Shown here piece after piece: positions 42,497 through 51,897 of a stretch of DNA of 64,000 bases (within the stretch, counting starts at the first letter, position 1; every line of letters starts with the position of its first letter). A program made the position numbers and the translations under genes. The notes beneath the pieces are model-generated. The model saw only the letters and a list, made by a program, of their open reading frames with translations. It made no database searches and was not told the origin of the DNA. This DNA comes from Gemmatimonadaceae bacterium (lineage in GTDB: Bacteria; Gemmatimonadota; Gemmatimonadetes; Gemmatimonadales; Gemmatimonadaceae). The DNA is taken from contig JBGAJQ010000009.1 in assembly GCA_044224875.1 (NCBI GenBank), forward strand, positions 54,839 through 118,838. The letters are read 5' to 3'.

Positions 42497-45007
42497 ATGG
42501 CACGTTGCGCCTCTCGGTCCACGCTCTCAGTTGCAGCGGTGCTGCTGCTCGCGCCGCACGAAAGACTTCGAGCGCAGGAAGCAGCGCCAACCGCACCAAT
42601 CGCTGCCGCGACGCCGGCCGCGGCAGACCTAACGATTCCGGGGCTGCGCCAGCCGGTCGAGGTCCGTCGGGATCGGTGGGGCATACCACACATCTACGCC
42701 AAGAATCAGCACGACCTGTTCTTCGCCCAGGGCTTCGTGGCGGCGCAGGACCGTCTGTTCCAGATGGAGATGTGGCGACGCCAAGGCGAGGGACGACTCG
42801 CGGAAGTTATCGGTCCGTCCGCCATCGAGCGCGACCGCGCCGCGCGATTGTTCAAGTATCGTGGCGACATGTCGAAGGAGTGGACGTCGTACGCACCCGA
42901 CGCCAAGTCCATCGTGTCGGCATTCGTGGATGGCGTGAACGCGTACATCGCGATGGCCGGCGATTCACTCCCACCAGAGTTTGCGTTGTTGGGTTTTCGG
43001 CCCGAGCCGTGGACGCCGGAGGTTCCCCTGACGCGCGTTACGGGGCTGAGTGGTGTGGGGAACGCGACGAGTGAGGTGCTGCGAGCGGCATTGATCGCGA
43101 AGCTGGGGAAGGAGCGCGTCGAGGAAATCCTCCCATCGGATCCGCACCGGGCGCTGGATCCCGCCCCGGGACTGGACTTGGCCGGCATCGATTATCGGTC
43201 GTTAGGCAACTTTGGCTCCACCTTTGCCGATGTCGCGTACAACCGCCTGGAAGGCTCGAACAATTGGGTGGTGAGCGGCAGGAAGACGGCGACGGGGAAG
43301 GCGATCCTGGCAAACGATCCGCATCGCGTCATTACGAATCCCGCCGTTCGGTACATCACGCATCTGGTGGCGCCTGGGTGGAATGTCATAGGGTCGGGCG
43401 AGCCCGCGAGTCCGGGGGTGGCGATCGGGCACAACGATCGCGTTGCGTTTGGGCTCACGGTGGTCGGGATGGACCAACAGGACGTGTACGTGGAGACGTT
43501 GGGGATGTGTGACGGTCCGCCACCCGCGGGCGCCAGCGCCGCTAAAGCGAAGTCTGGCGGTGCCCCGGGGGCCCCCCCCCGATCAAAAAATGCCACCACT
43601 CCCGCTCGCACCCGCAATCCTTCCGTTGCCAACCGCATCATTCCCTCGCGCGATCCACTCGGTTGCTACTGGCATCGTGGCCAGTGGCGCCCCGTCGAGC
43701 GCGTGGTCGAGAACATCCGCGTGAAAGGGTCCGATGCCCGTCGCGTGGTCCTGCAGTACACCGTGCACGGCCCCATCGTCACCTTCGACAGCGCGCGGTC
43801 GCGTGCCTTCGCCATTCGCAGCATCCACAGTGAACCCGGGACGGCGTCGTATCTCGCTTCGCTGTCCCTCGACCGGGCTCGCGACTGGAAAGGGTTCGAA
43901 GCGGCCATGGCCCGATGGCTCATGCCTAGCGAGAACATGATCTACGCCGACGTGGAGGGGAACATCGGCTGGATCGCCGGTGGCATCATGCCCAGGCGCC
44001 GCTGGTCTGGGTTGTTGCCGGTTCCCGGCGACGGCACTTACGAATGGGACGGCTTCGTTCCCGGCCGGGATCTCCCTCGCGCCTACAACCCCGCCGAGGG
44101 ATTCATCGCCACCGCCAACCACAACATTCTCCCGCCAGGGTACAAGATCCCGATAAGCTACGAGTGGGCCTCGCGCTACCGCATCGACCGCGTGAAGGAC
44201 GTGCTGCGACAGGACAAGAAGTTCACGATGGATGACTTTGCCAAGCTGCAACACGACGACTACTCCCTGCTGGCGGCGGCCATCGTCCCCAAGCTCGTTG
44301 CCGCCGCACAGCGCCTAGGGCTGTCCGGTCGCGACGACGTGCAGGCCATGGCGAAGTGGAATTTCCGCATGTCGAGAGACCAGGTGGCCCCGACGATCTT
44401 TTCGGCATGGGCGCCGGCCGCGTACCGCCGGGCGGTGCAGCTGGCGTTCGCCGGCCAGTCGGACGTCACGCAGCTGCTGGCGAACCGACCGGAATACGAG
44501 TGGTTCGAAGACTTCCTCGCCGATCCGGGGAACGGGCCGGCGCGTGGCACGAATGGGGACTCCCTCCTCCTCGCCGCGCTCGACGAGGCGATGGCCGATC
44601 TCACGAAACGCTTTGGTGCCGATCGCTCCAAGTGGACGTGGGGGAGCATCCACGTCGCCGTGTTCCAGCATCCCCTCTCGTCCAGGTACGACCTTCCGCC
44701 AGCTTCACGCGGCGGTGACGGCAACACGGTCTATGCCACCGGCGGACGCGACTTCAAGCAGACGTCGGGCGCCTCGTACCGCGAAATCATCGACATGGGC
44801 GACTTCGACCGGTCGCTGGCCACCAACGTTCCGGGACAATCCAGCGACCCTCGCAGCCCCCACTACAAGGACTTGCTGCCGCTGTGGGGCAACGACCAGT
44901 ACTTCCCGATGGTGTACAGTCGAGCCAGGGTGGAACAGGAAACGGAGTCGGTGCTCTGGTTGCGGCCGGCGACCACACTTCCGCCGAGAACACTCCGGAA
45001 GAAGTAA
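42497..45007 (+). CDS. Penicillin acylase family (Ntn-hydrolase, peptidase S45)
   Basis: RDRWGIPHIYA, QDRLFQME, GSNNWVVSG autoprocessing Ser, ANDPH, PGQSSDPRSPHYKD. Confidence 0.93.
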   Translation: MARCASRSTLSVAAVLLLAPHERLRAQEAAPTAPIAAATPAAADLTIPGLRQPVEVRRDRWGIPHIYAKNQHDLFFAQGFVAAQDRLFQMEMWRRQGEGRLAEVIGPSAIERDRAARLFKYRGDMSKEWTSYAPDAKSIVSAFVDGVNAYIAMAGDSLPPEFALLGFRPEPWTPEVPLTRVTGLSGVGNATSEVLRAALIAKLGKERVEEILPSDPHRALDPAPGLDLAGIDYRSLGNFGSTFADVAYNRLEGSNNWVVSGRKTATGKAILANDPHRVITNPAVRYITHLVAPGWNVIGSGEPASPGVAIGHNDRVAFGLTVVGMDQQDVYVETLGMCDGPPPAGASAAKAKSGGAPGAPPRSKNATTPARTRNPSVANRIIPSRDPLGCYWHRGQWRPVERVVENIRVKGSDARRVVLQYTVHGPIVTFDSARSRAFAIRSIHSEPGTASYLASLSLDRARDWKGFEAAMARWLMPSENMIYADVEGNIGWIAGGIMPRRRWSGLLPVPGDGTYEWDGFVPGRDLPRAYNPAEGFIATANHNILPPGYKIPISYEWASRYRIDRVKDVLRQDKKFTMDDFAKLQHDDYSLLAAAIVPKLVAAAQRLGLSGRDDVQAMAKWNFRMSRDQVAPTIFSAWAPAAYRRAVQLAFAGQSDVTQLLANRPEYEWFEDFLADPGNGPARGTNGDSLLLAALDEAMADLTKRFGADRSKWTWGSIHVAVFQHPLSSRYDLPPASRGGDGNTVYATGGRDFKQTSGASYREIIDMGDFDRSLATNVPGQSSDPRSPHYKDLLPLWGNDQYFPMVYSRARVEQETESVLWLRPATTLPPRTLRKK

Positions 45008-45229
45008 TCGCCACCATGCACTTCTCCGCCGGCCGATCCGCTTCACGACCACGAGTGGCAGCGTGTGGAGGGTTTTGCGAATGAGATTCAGGAAGAGGAC
45101 ATTGCCATCTGCGAGGTCGTACAGAAGAATCTCCGCTCCCGCGTGTACGATCGCGGCCGTTACTCGGCCAAGCGGGAGGTTGGCGTGCATCATTTTCATG
45201 GATTGCTCCACGAGTATCTCACCGGGTAG
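45008..45229 (+). pseudogene. C-terminal remnant of a Rieske ring-hydroxylating oxygenase alpha subunit (choline monooxygenase-like)
   Basis: Hand translation: ..EWQRVEGFANEIQEEDIAICEVVQKNLRSRVYDRGRYSAKREVGVHHFHGLLHEYLTG*. No Rieske CxH domain upstream. Absent from the ORF track. Confidence 0.75.
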
Positions 45230-45299
45230 TTCACGGTTGCGAGCCGGCGAACGTCGGGCGAAGACTTCGATTTATCGTTAGGTTCATTCTCTCACCATC

Positions 45300-45797
45300 A
45301 TGCGTATGCGCCATCGAACTTCCGTGGTACTTGCTTTCTCCCTCGGTGTCTCCGCCTGTGCGGGGCGAACCAAGACGTCTACGGCACCGGCCGGTGAGTC
45401 GTCATGGGTCACCGAAAACGGCATTACGTGGGTGACGCCGTACGGGAAGCCAACGCGACCGTTTTCACCGGCCGTGCGCGTGGGGAACATGTTGTACTTG
45501 GCGGGACAAGTTGGCACGAGCGCCGATGCCAAGGGCGGCCTGGTGTCCGGTGGAGTGCAAGCGGAAACCCGGCAGACGATGATGAACATCAAGGATGTGC
45601 TGGAAAAGGCGGGGAGTTCACTGGATCGCGTGGTCAAGTGCACCGTGTTCATGGCGGACATGCGCGAGTGGGACGCCATGAACGAGGTGTATGCGACGTT
45701 CTTTCCGCGGAACAAGCCGGCCCGGAGCGCGTTGGGGGCGAATGGGCTTGCGTTAGGCGCACGGGTCGAGATCGAGTGCTTTGCCGTGGTGCCATAG
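45300..45797 (+). CDS. RidA/YjgF/UK114 family protein with lipoprotein-like signal
   Basis: PFSPAVRVGNMLYLAGQVG, MNEVYATFF..KPARSA, GARVEIEC. N-terminal LGVSAC. Confidence 0.9.
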   Translation: MRMRHRTSVVLAFSLGVSACAGRTKTSTAPAGESSWVTENGITWVTPYGKPTRPFSPAVRVGNMLYLAGQVGTSADAKGGLVSGGVQAETRQTMMNIKDVLEKAGSSLDRVVKCTVFMADMREWDAMNEVYATFFPRNKPARSALGANGLALGARVEIECFAVVP

Positions 45798-45831
45798 TGC
45801 GGCACGCCGGTAAGGCTGGAGGCGTCGTCGG

Positions 45832-46824
45832 TTGACCGGCGGGTGGCGACGTTCGGTGAGCGTGGCGGTTGGCGCGGCGTGGGTGGCGACGGCCAGCCCG
45901 CCGTCCACCGCCAGCCGCGTCGTCACCGACTCGTTCTGGTCCCAGGCGTTGGGCATCCGGAAACACGTCCGACTCTACCTGCCCGCCAGTTACAACACTC
46001 ATCCGACGCGTCGCTATCCCGTCGCCTACTACCTGCACGGGGCCTGGGGATCCGAAAGCGACTGGGTGACGCTCGGCGGTCTCCCTTCCACACTGGACTC
46101 GCTCATCAACGGCGGACTCCCCGACCTCATCGTCGTGATGCCGGATGGCGACGATTCCTGGTACACCACCTGGAACTGGCTCGGGGACTGGCCCGGATGC
46201 CGGCGACATCCGCCGCGAGCGGACGAAGCGGCCGAGCAGTACTGCGTGCCCTGGCCGCACTACGACGACTATATCGCCCGCGACCTCGTCAGCTACGTCG
46301 ACTCCCACTACCGCACACGCGCCGATCGGGCCCACCGTGGCATCGCCGGCCTGAGCATGGGCGGATACGGGGCCGTGTCGCTCGCCCTCGCCTATCCCGA
46401 GGTCTTCTCGGCCGCGGCCTCGCACTCCGGAACCCTCGCCCCGGCCCTGGGCGCCGTTCCCCCCGGCACCGATACGTCCCGTTATGCAACACAGCTCGCC
46501 GACTTGCGAACGCGCTATGACTCGGCCCTGTGGAAGCTGATGGAGCCGGCGTTTGGGAAGGACTCCGCCGCCTGGCGGGCACGCGATCCGGTTGCCATCG
46601 CCGCACGGAGCATGGAACGACACGCCACCATGCCGGCGCTCTATGCCGACTGCGGCACCAGCGATTCGTTCCTCGCGCAGAACCGTCACTTCGCGCGTGA
46701 AGCACGCGCCATCGGACTCTCGCTCGAGTACACCGAGTATGCCGGCGGTCACGACTGGCGATACTGGCGAGACCACGCGGCCCAGTCACTGCACTGGCTG
46801 TCCATGCACATAACGGCGCCTTGA
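45832..46824 (+). CDS. Putative secreted esterase (alpha/beta hydrolase)
   Basis: YLPASY, YPVAYYLHG, IAGLSMGGYGA, DCGTSD, GGHDWRYW. Confidence 0.88.
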   Translation: MTGGWRRSVSVAVGAAWVATASPPSTASRVVTDSFWSQALGIRKHVRLYLPASYNTHPTRRYPVAYYLHGAWGSESDWVTLGGLPSTLDSLINGGLPDLIVVMPDGDDSWYTTWNWLGDWPGCRRHPPRADEAAEQYCVPWPHYDDYIARDLVSYVDSHYRTRADRAHRGIAGLSMGGYGAVSLALAYPEVFSAAASHSGTLAPALGAVPPGTDTSRYATQLADLRTRYDSALWKLMEPAFGKDSAAWRARDPVAIAARSMERHATMPALYADCGTSDSFLAQNRHFAREARAIGLSLEYTEYAGGHDWRYWRDHAAQSLHWLSMHITAP

Positions 46825-46945
46825 ACACGAGGCATTACGACGCGCGACGTAGCGCGCGTCACACCAGTTTCAGTGCCGGGCGTACAGGAGGTCGGTGTAC
46901 CTGGGCGCTGTCGGGGCCGGGGGTTTAGGCCTAAGTTCCAACGTT

Positions 46946-47512
46946 ATGCGTGGCTTCTTTCCCACCAATACCGGGTTTTGGAAGCTCGAGGAGCCGCCGG
47001 CGTTTCGACGCCTCTCCATGTCGATCCTGGAGGTGGCGATCATGACCGGCGTCGTTATGCGCCTGTACCGCGCGTTCACCCTCACGCACGGACCCAACGG
47101 CTCCTGGTTTTACCTCGCCACCGTCGTCGCCTTCGGGATTATCCTGCTGCTCGGAATGGCCACGCTACACCTCGGCAACTTCACGTTGCGGCATTGGGTG
47201 TGGCGTGCCCCTGTGTTCGGCGCTATCGAGGCCGCAGCGGAGTCCATTACCAGTCTTGGGCTCATCGCGCTGCATCGAGAACCACTCGGCGCCACCACGG
47301 CGGAATACGCCGACTGGTTGAGCATCGCCGGCTCGTTGCTCTTTTGGCGCATCATCGGGGTGTCACTCTTCGCTTTGCTGCTGGCCGGCGTCGTACAAGT
47401 CGTGCGCCGGTGGCTGGTAAGACAGGACCACCGCGAACACACGCTGCAAACGGTGAAGCACGAGATTGCAGAGATCGAGCGGACGCACGAGTCGGAACGG
47501 CAGGGCTTCTAG
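46946..47512 (+). CDS. Hypothetical membrane protein
   Basis: About 4 TM segments, HLGNFTLRHWVWRAP motif, coding-like codon usage. Confidence 0.65.
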   Translation: MRGFFPTNTGFWKLEEPPAFRRLSMSILEVAIMTGVVMRLYRAFTLTHGPNGSWFYLATVVAFGIILLLGMATLHLGNFTLRHWVWRAPVFGAIEAAAESITSLGLIALHREPLGATTAEYADWLSIAGSLLFWRIIGVSLFALLLAGVVQVVRRWLVRQDHREHTLQTVKHEIAEIERTHESERQGF

Positions 47513-47614
47513 TCGACGCCCCGCTTGCGCCGAACGCGCGGGCGGTGCAGCCTCAACGTTGGACCGTGACCGCGTCGCTCGCCTCGCGTTTCGCTCCCCC
47601 ACACCCTCAGAACC

Positions 47615-48988
47615 GTGCGCCAGTACATCGTCCTTCTTGCCCTTCCCGCCTCGCTCGTTGCCCAGACACCGCAACGCCCTTTCGGTACGCTACGCGATCA
47701 GGCGGTCACCCAACAACGTTGGCTGGACACGCGCATGCGAACGGTGCTCCCCGCGCTCATGCGCAAGCACGCCATCGACATGTGGGTGGTTCCCATGCGC
47801 GAGTACAATGAGGATCCCGTCTTCTCGTCCATGACGTCGCCAGAGACGTTTTTCGCAAGACGCCGCACCATCTATGTCTTCTTCGACAAGTGTGCGGCGA
47901 GTGCGAAGGTGGATCCGGGCGACGGCTCCTGTCTCGAGCGACTCGCGTTAGGTGGCACGTCGCAAGGTGGCGTCTTCCAGGCCGTGCGCTCTACCAAGAA
48001 CGTGGATGCGGCCGTGGGTGGGCGTCAGGCCGAGCTTTGGGGCGACGCGCAATGGCAGGTGCTCAAGGACGTCGTGGAGGCAAGGAACCCGAAGGTCATT
48101 GGAATCAACTCGTCCCGCGTCTTCGCCTTCTCCGACGGCTTGGCCTCGGGGGAGCTCGAAGGGATGAGTGAAGCACTCGGCTCCAAATGGACATCGCGAT
48201 TCAAGAAAGCCGAGTCACTGCCATTGGAGTTCATCGCCAGTCGCACCGCGGACGAAGAAGTGTTCTATCACCGCTTGTCGCAGCTCGTCTGGACGTTGAT
48301 CAGTCGGATGTACTCGAACGAAGTCGTTCGCCCCGGTGTCACGCGCACCTCGGATCTCGTGTGGTGGTGGCGCCAACAGGTGAACGATTACGGGTTGGGC
48401 ACCTGGTTCCAGCCGTCCATCGAGGTGCAGCGGAAGGGTGTCTCCGACGAAGAACTTGGCGACGACCCAATCATCCAGCGCGGGGACGTCCTGCACTGTG
48501 ACGTCGGGATCACGGCCATGCGACTCAACACGGACACGCAGCACATGGCCTACGTGCTGCGTGTGGGCGAGACGGAAGCGCCCGAGGGCCTGCGCCAAGC
48601 CCTGCGGAACGCCAACCGTCTGCAAGACATCCTGCTGGAGGAAACCCGCGTCGGTCGCACGGGAAATGAGGTCCTGGCTTCAACCTTGGCCAGGCTCAAG
48701 GGCGACGGACTCGATGGGACCATGTACACGCACCCCATCGGGATGCATGGACATGGCGCGGGGCCGCTCATCGGCCTGTGGGACTATCAGGATGGTGTGC
48801 CGGGACGTGGAGATGCCAAGGTCATTCCATCCATGTGGTTCTCCGCTGAACTGCAGGTGACGACGAAGGTCACGGAGTGGGGTGGTCAGCCGGTACGGAT
48901 GGCTCAGGAGGAAGACTTCATACTTGGTGCTGACGGGAAGCCGCGGTGGGCGCACAACCGCCAGACCGAACTCTGGTTGATTCACTAG
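47615..48988 (+). CDS. Secreted M24 family metallopeptidase (Xaa-Pro aminopeptidase-like)
   Basis: Signal peptide, GDVLHCDVG, NTDTQHMAY, THPIGMHGHG, AQEED metal ligands. Confidence 0.85.
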   Translation: MRQYIVLLALPASLVAQTPQRPFGTLRDQAVTQQRWLDTRMRTVLPALMRKHAIDMWVVPMREYNEDPVFSSMTSPETFFARRRTIYVFFDKCAASAKVDPGDGSCLERLALGGTSQGGVFQAVRSTKNVDAAVGGRQAELWGDAQWQVLKDVVEARNPKVIGINSSRVFAFSDGLASGELEGMSEALGSKWTSRFKKAESLPLEFIASRTADEEVFYHRLSQLVWTLISRMYSNEVVRPGVTRTSDLVWWWRQQVNDYGLGTWFQPSIEVQRKGVSDEELGDDPIIQRGDVLHCDVGITAMRLNTDTQHMAYVLRVGETEAPEGLRQALRNANRLQDILLEETRVGRTGNEVLASTLARLKGDGLDGTMYTHPIGMHGHGAGPLIGLWDYQDGVPGRGDAKVIPSMWFSAELQVTTKVTEWGGQPVRMAQEEDFILGADGKPRWAHNRQTELWLIH

Positions 48989-49205
48989 ACTCACGTTTCC
49001 ATGCACGAGGTCGCCGGTCTCCGCCGCTATATTTCATCCGAGCTCGACGGCCTCGTTGTTCTGCGCAACGCTCGTTCGCTTTGGAACCGCAGGCGCCGCG
49101 CCTAGGGACAGACTGGAGCTTCAGGTGTTGTTCGATCGAACTGAGGGGGCGTCTTGGAGCTGGGCGGAGCGACGCCCTCTGTGAACACGACTCGGTGAGT
49201 TGCTT

Positions 49206-49586
49206 ATGCCCAGGGAAAACAAGAAGCTGATCGTTGTCGGCGACCGCGTGCTGATTCGGGTCGAGGAGGGCGAGGAACGCAGCAAGGTGGGCCTGTATCT
49301 GCCGCCTACCGCCGTCGACAGTCAGGCGGTGCAAGGAGGGAAGATTGTAGCTACCGGTCCGGGGCTTCCGATGCCGGATCCGTCAGACTCATCGGACGAA
49401 CCATGGCGCACGGGGCCGCGCGAGACCCGATTCGTCCCGATGCAAGCTCGTGCTGGCGATTACGCACTGTTCTTCAGGAAGGCAGCCGTCGAGATCACGT
49501 TCGAGAACGAGCGTTACTTGGTGATCCCCCAAAGCGCGATTCTTGCATTGGTCCGGGAAGATCAACCTGAAGAGGAATTCGAATGA
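49206..49586 (+). CDS. Orphan GroES/Cpn10 family co-chaperone
   Basis: VGDRVLIR..EERSKVGLYLP..GKIVATGPG..GD...ERYLVIPQSAILA. No groEL adjacent. Confidence 0.85.
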   Translation: MPRENKKLIVVGDRVLIRVEEGEERSKVGLYLPPTAVDSQAVQGGKIVATGPGLPMPDPSDSSDEPWRTGPRETRFVPMQARAGDYALFFRKAAVEITFENERYLVIPQSAILALVREDQPEEEFE

Positions 49587-50029
49587 ACGTCATGATGTAC
49601 GACGAGCGCTTCGTGACGCCGATGCGTCGCGAGCTTACCGAACTCGGCTTTAAAGAGTGGCGGACGGCGGCCGACGTAGAGGCCGGCATTGCGGCGGCCA
49701 AGGGGACAGCGCTTGTGGTGGTGAATTCCATCTGCGGGTGTTCGGCGCGTATGGCGCGACCGGCGGTGAAGGCCTCGCTGGAGAAGTCAGAGCGCAAGCC
49801 GGACGTGCTGGCGACGGTCTTTGCAGGGCAGGATGCCGACGCCACGACGAGGGCGCGCGAGTACTTCACGGGCTACCCTCCTTCGTCGCCGTCGATCGCG
49901 TTGCTGAAGGACGGCAAGCTGGTGTACATGATGGAACGTTGGCAGATCGAAGGTCAGAGCCCTGCGGTGATCGCGTCGGAGCTGGCCGCGGCGTATCGGA
50001 CGCACTGCACGCCAACGTCCGACGGCTGA
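49583..50029 (+). CDS. BrxA/BrxB (YphP/YqiW) family bacilliredoxin
   Basis: PMRRELTELGF, VVNSICGCSARMARP, TVFAGQD, PPSSPSIALLKDG. Confidence 0.9.
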   Translation: MNVMMYDERFVTPMRRELTELGFKEWRTAADVEAGIAAAKGTALVVVNSICGCSARMARPAVKASLEKSERKPDVLATVFAGQDADATTRAREYFTGYPPSSPSIALLKDGKLVYMMERWQIEGQSPAVIASELAAAYRTHCTPTSDG

Positions 50030-50068
50030 CCTTCTGCGGCTTCCGCGGACCTCGCTCAGCAACGCGAT

Positions 50069-50614
50069 ATGGTGGTCGTCCTCTTCGCGGAACGACAGCT
50101 AGAAGAGGTGGTGCGGCTGGCGGGCACGATTGCTCGCGCCTTCGCCGGCCGCGCACCCAAGGGTAAGGTCGCGTTTGCATATGACGGGAACGGGCATATC
50201 GACGAAGCCTACCGCGTCGTCGATACGTCCTCGTTGACACCACGCGAAGTTTTCGCTCGCATGCGCCAACTCTCGGACTTGGGCATGACGGTGGTCACGG
50301 CCTCCAGCGGGCGCACCGAGCGCGCATTGGCGAGTTTCGACGCGGCCGACCGGATCTTGTTGGTGGCCGACCTGAGCGTTTCTGCCATTCGTGGCCTGCA
50401 GCGCACCATTAAGTTGTGCGACTCGCTTGGGATTGCGCGGGAACGAACGCCGGTGGTGCTCTACGATTGCCGGGAAGACGCGGGCGTCACGCCCACGGAG
50501 GCCGCGAATGTGCTCCCACGCGAGGTCTTTGCGTTCCTGCCACCAGGTCCGGACGGACCAGCCGACGCCGCCGCGTGCGCGGCCCTGGTGGAACGGTTGC
50601 TCTTGCTCGCCTAA
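50069..50614 (+). CDS. Hypothetical protein resembling a truncated CpaE/TadZ (MinD-like) C-terminus
   Basis: ALASFDAADRILLVADLSVSAIRGLQRTIKL resembles CpaE. No Walker A motif. Confidence 0.5.
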   Translation: MVVVLFAERQLEEVVRLAGTIARAFAGRAPKGKVAFAYDGNGHIDEAYRVVDTSSLTPREVFARMRQLSDLGMTVVTASSGRTERALASFDAADRILLVADLSVSAIRGLQRTIKLCDSLGIARERTPVVLYDCREDAGVTPTEAANVLPREVFAFLPPGPDGPADAAACAALVERLLLLA

Positions 50615-51897
50615 CGCGACTGTCGGATCCAGTGCCCCAGTTCGGCGAGTGAGGGCTTCTTGCCGTACATCAGGATGCCCACGCGATAGATGCGGGCGGC
50701 CAGCCACACCGTGCCCATGCAGGCGGCCAGCGTACCCGCCAGCACCAACCCGATCTCGAGCGGCGAGATCGCGATCAGGCTCAGGCGCGCGGGCATGATG
50801 ATCGGGGCAGAGAAGGGGAGCCAGGAGACCACCTTCGACAGCTGACTGGTCGGATTCAGGATCACGGGCTGCAGGAAGATGATCGAGAAAACGGCCAGCA
50901 GTGTCACCGGCGTCGCCGCCTGCTGTGCATCCTGGTCGTTGCTCACCATGGCGCCAACCGCCGCGAACAGCGACGAGTACAGCACGAAGCCCAGGACAAA
51001 GAACGCGATCAAGACCAACCCAGTACCGAGCGTGACACTCGGAAGGCCAAATGGTACCGACGGAATGCCGAGCCGGGCCATGAACGGCTCGCGATACCGA
51101 ATGAGCAAGGCACTCGACAACACCCAGATTCCGACTTGGGTCAAGCCGACGCCCCCCACGCCCAGGACCTTGCCGCCTAACAACGCATCCGGCGAAACGC
51201 TGGCCACCACGACCTCGGCCACCCGCGTGGTCTTTTCCTCGATCACGCCGCGAAGGATTGACTGGCCGTAGAGCAGGATCGAGGTGTACAGCAGGAAGGC
51301 GATGGAGAAGGCGAAGAAGACGGACACTTGACCGGACCCGCCGCGCCCCGAGTCCGTAATGCGCTCCGTCGCCAGCTTCACTTTCACGTTGGAGAGCGCC
51401 TTGATGCGTTCCGGATCCATGCCGGCATTCTGCAGGCGCATCGTCAGCAGCGACTGCCGCACCGCACCCTCGATCCGCTCCATGTCCGGGATGGTGCTGG
51501 CGTTCCGGCCCGCGTATCGGGCCGCCTTGCCACTCAGGCTGGCACTGTCCAGCACCAGGTACCCTTCGAACTTCTTTGCCATCACGTCTCGCGTCGCCAG
51601 CGACTCTGCGGCGGCCACTTCGGCAGGTGCAACCACTCGCACCACCGCGGCCGCCGTGTCGTTCATGGGCCCGCCGATGATCTCCGACATGACGCGCTTC
51701 CCCAGTCCGGCGTCCGTGGCGTCCAGCACCACCACGTGCGACACCGTGTCCGACGACTTGCTGCGCAACGACAGCCACGCCGGAAGGATGATGATCACTG
51801 ACATCAGGACCGGCCCAAGGAACGTCGCGATGAGGAACCACCGCGATCGGACGCGCTCGAGGTACTCGCGCTTGGCCACCACCAGGAGTTTACCCAT
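50611..51897 (-). CDS. ABC transporter permease (NatB/YhaP-like)
   Basis: VAKREYLERVRSRWF, GVIEEKTTRVAEV, RIYRVGILMYGKKP. Confidence 0.9.
   Translation of the reverse strand: MGKLLVVAKREYLERVRSRWFLIATFLGPVLMSVIIILPAWLSLRSKSSDTVSHVVVLDATDAGLGKRVMSEIIGGPMNDTAAAVVRVVAPAEVAAAESLATRDVMAKKFEGYLVLDSASLSGKAARYAGRNASTIPDMERIEGAVRQSLLTMRLQNAGMDPERIKALSNVKVKLATERITDSGRGGSGQVSVFFAFSIAFLLYTSILLYGQSILRGVIEEKTTRVAEVVVASVSPDALLGGKVLGVGGVGLTQVGIWVLSSALLIRYREPFMARLGIPSVPFGLPSVTLGTGLVLIAFFVLGFVLYSSLFAAVGAMVSNDQDAQQAATPVTLLAVFSIIFLQPVILNPTSQLSKVVSWLPFSAPIIMPARLSLIAISPLEIGLVLAGTLAACMGTVWLAARIYRVGILMYGKKPSLAELGHWIRQSR

Noticed and set aside
48989..49205. 6S RNA candidate (TATATTTCAT resembles part of E. coli 6S)
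   Set aside because: Pairing is too limited for a 6S rod and the sequence is more simply a -10 element.
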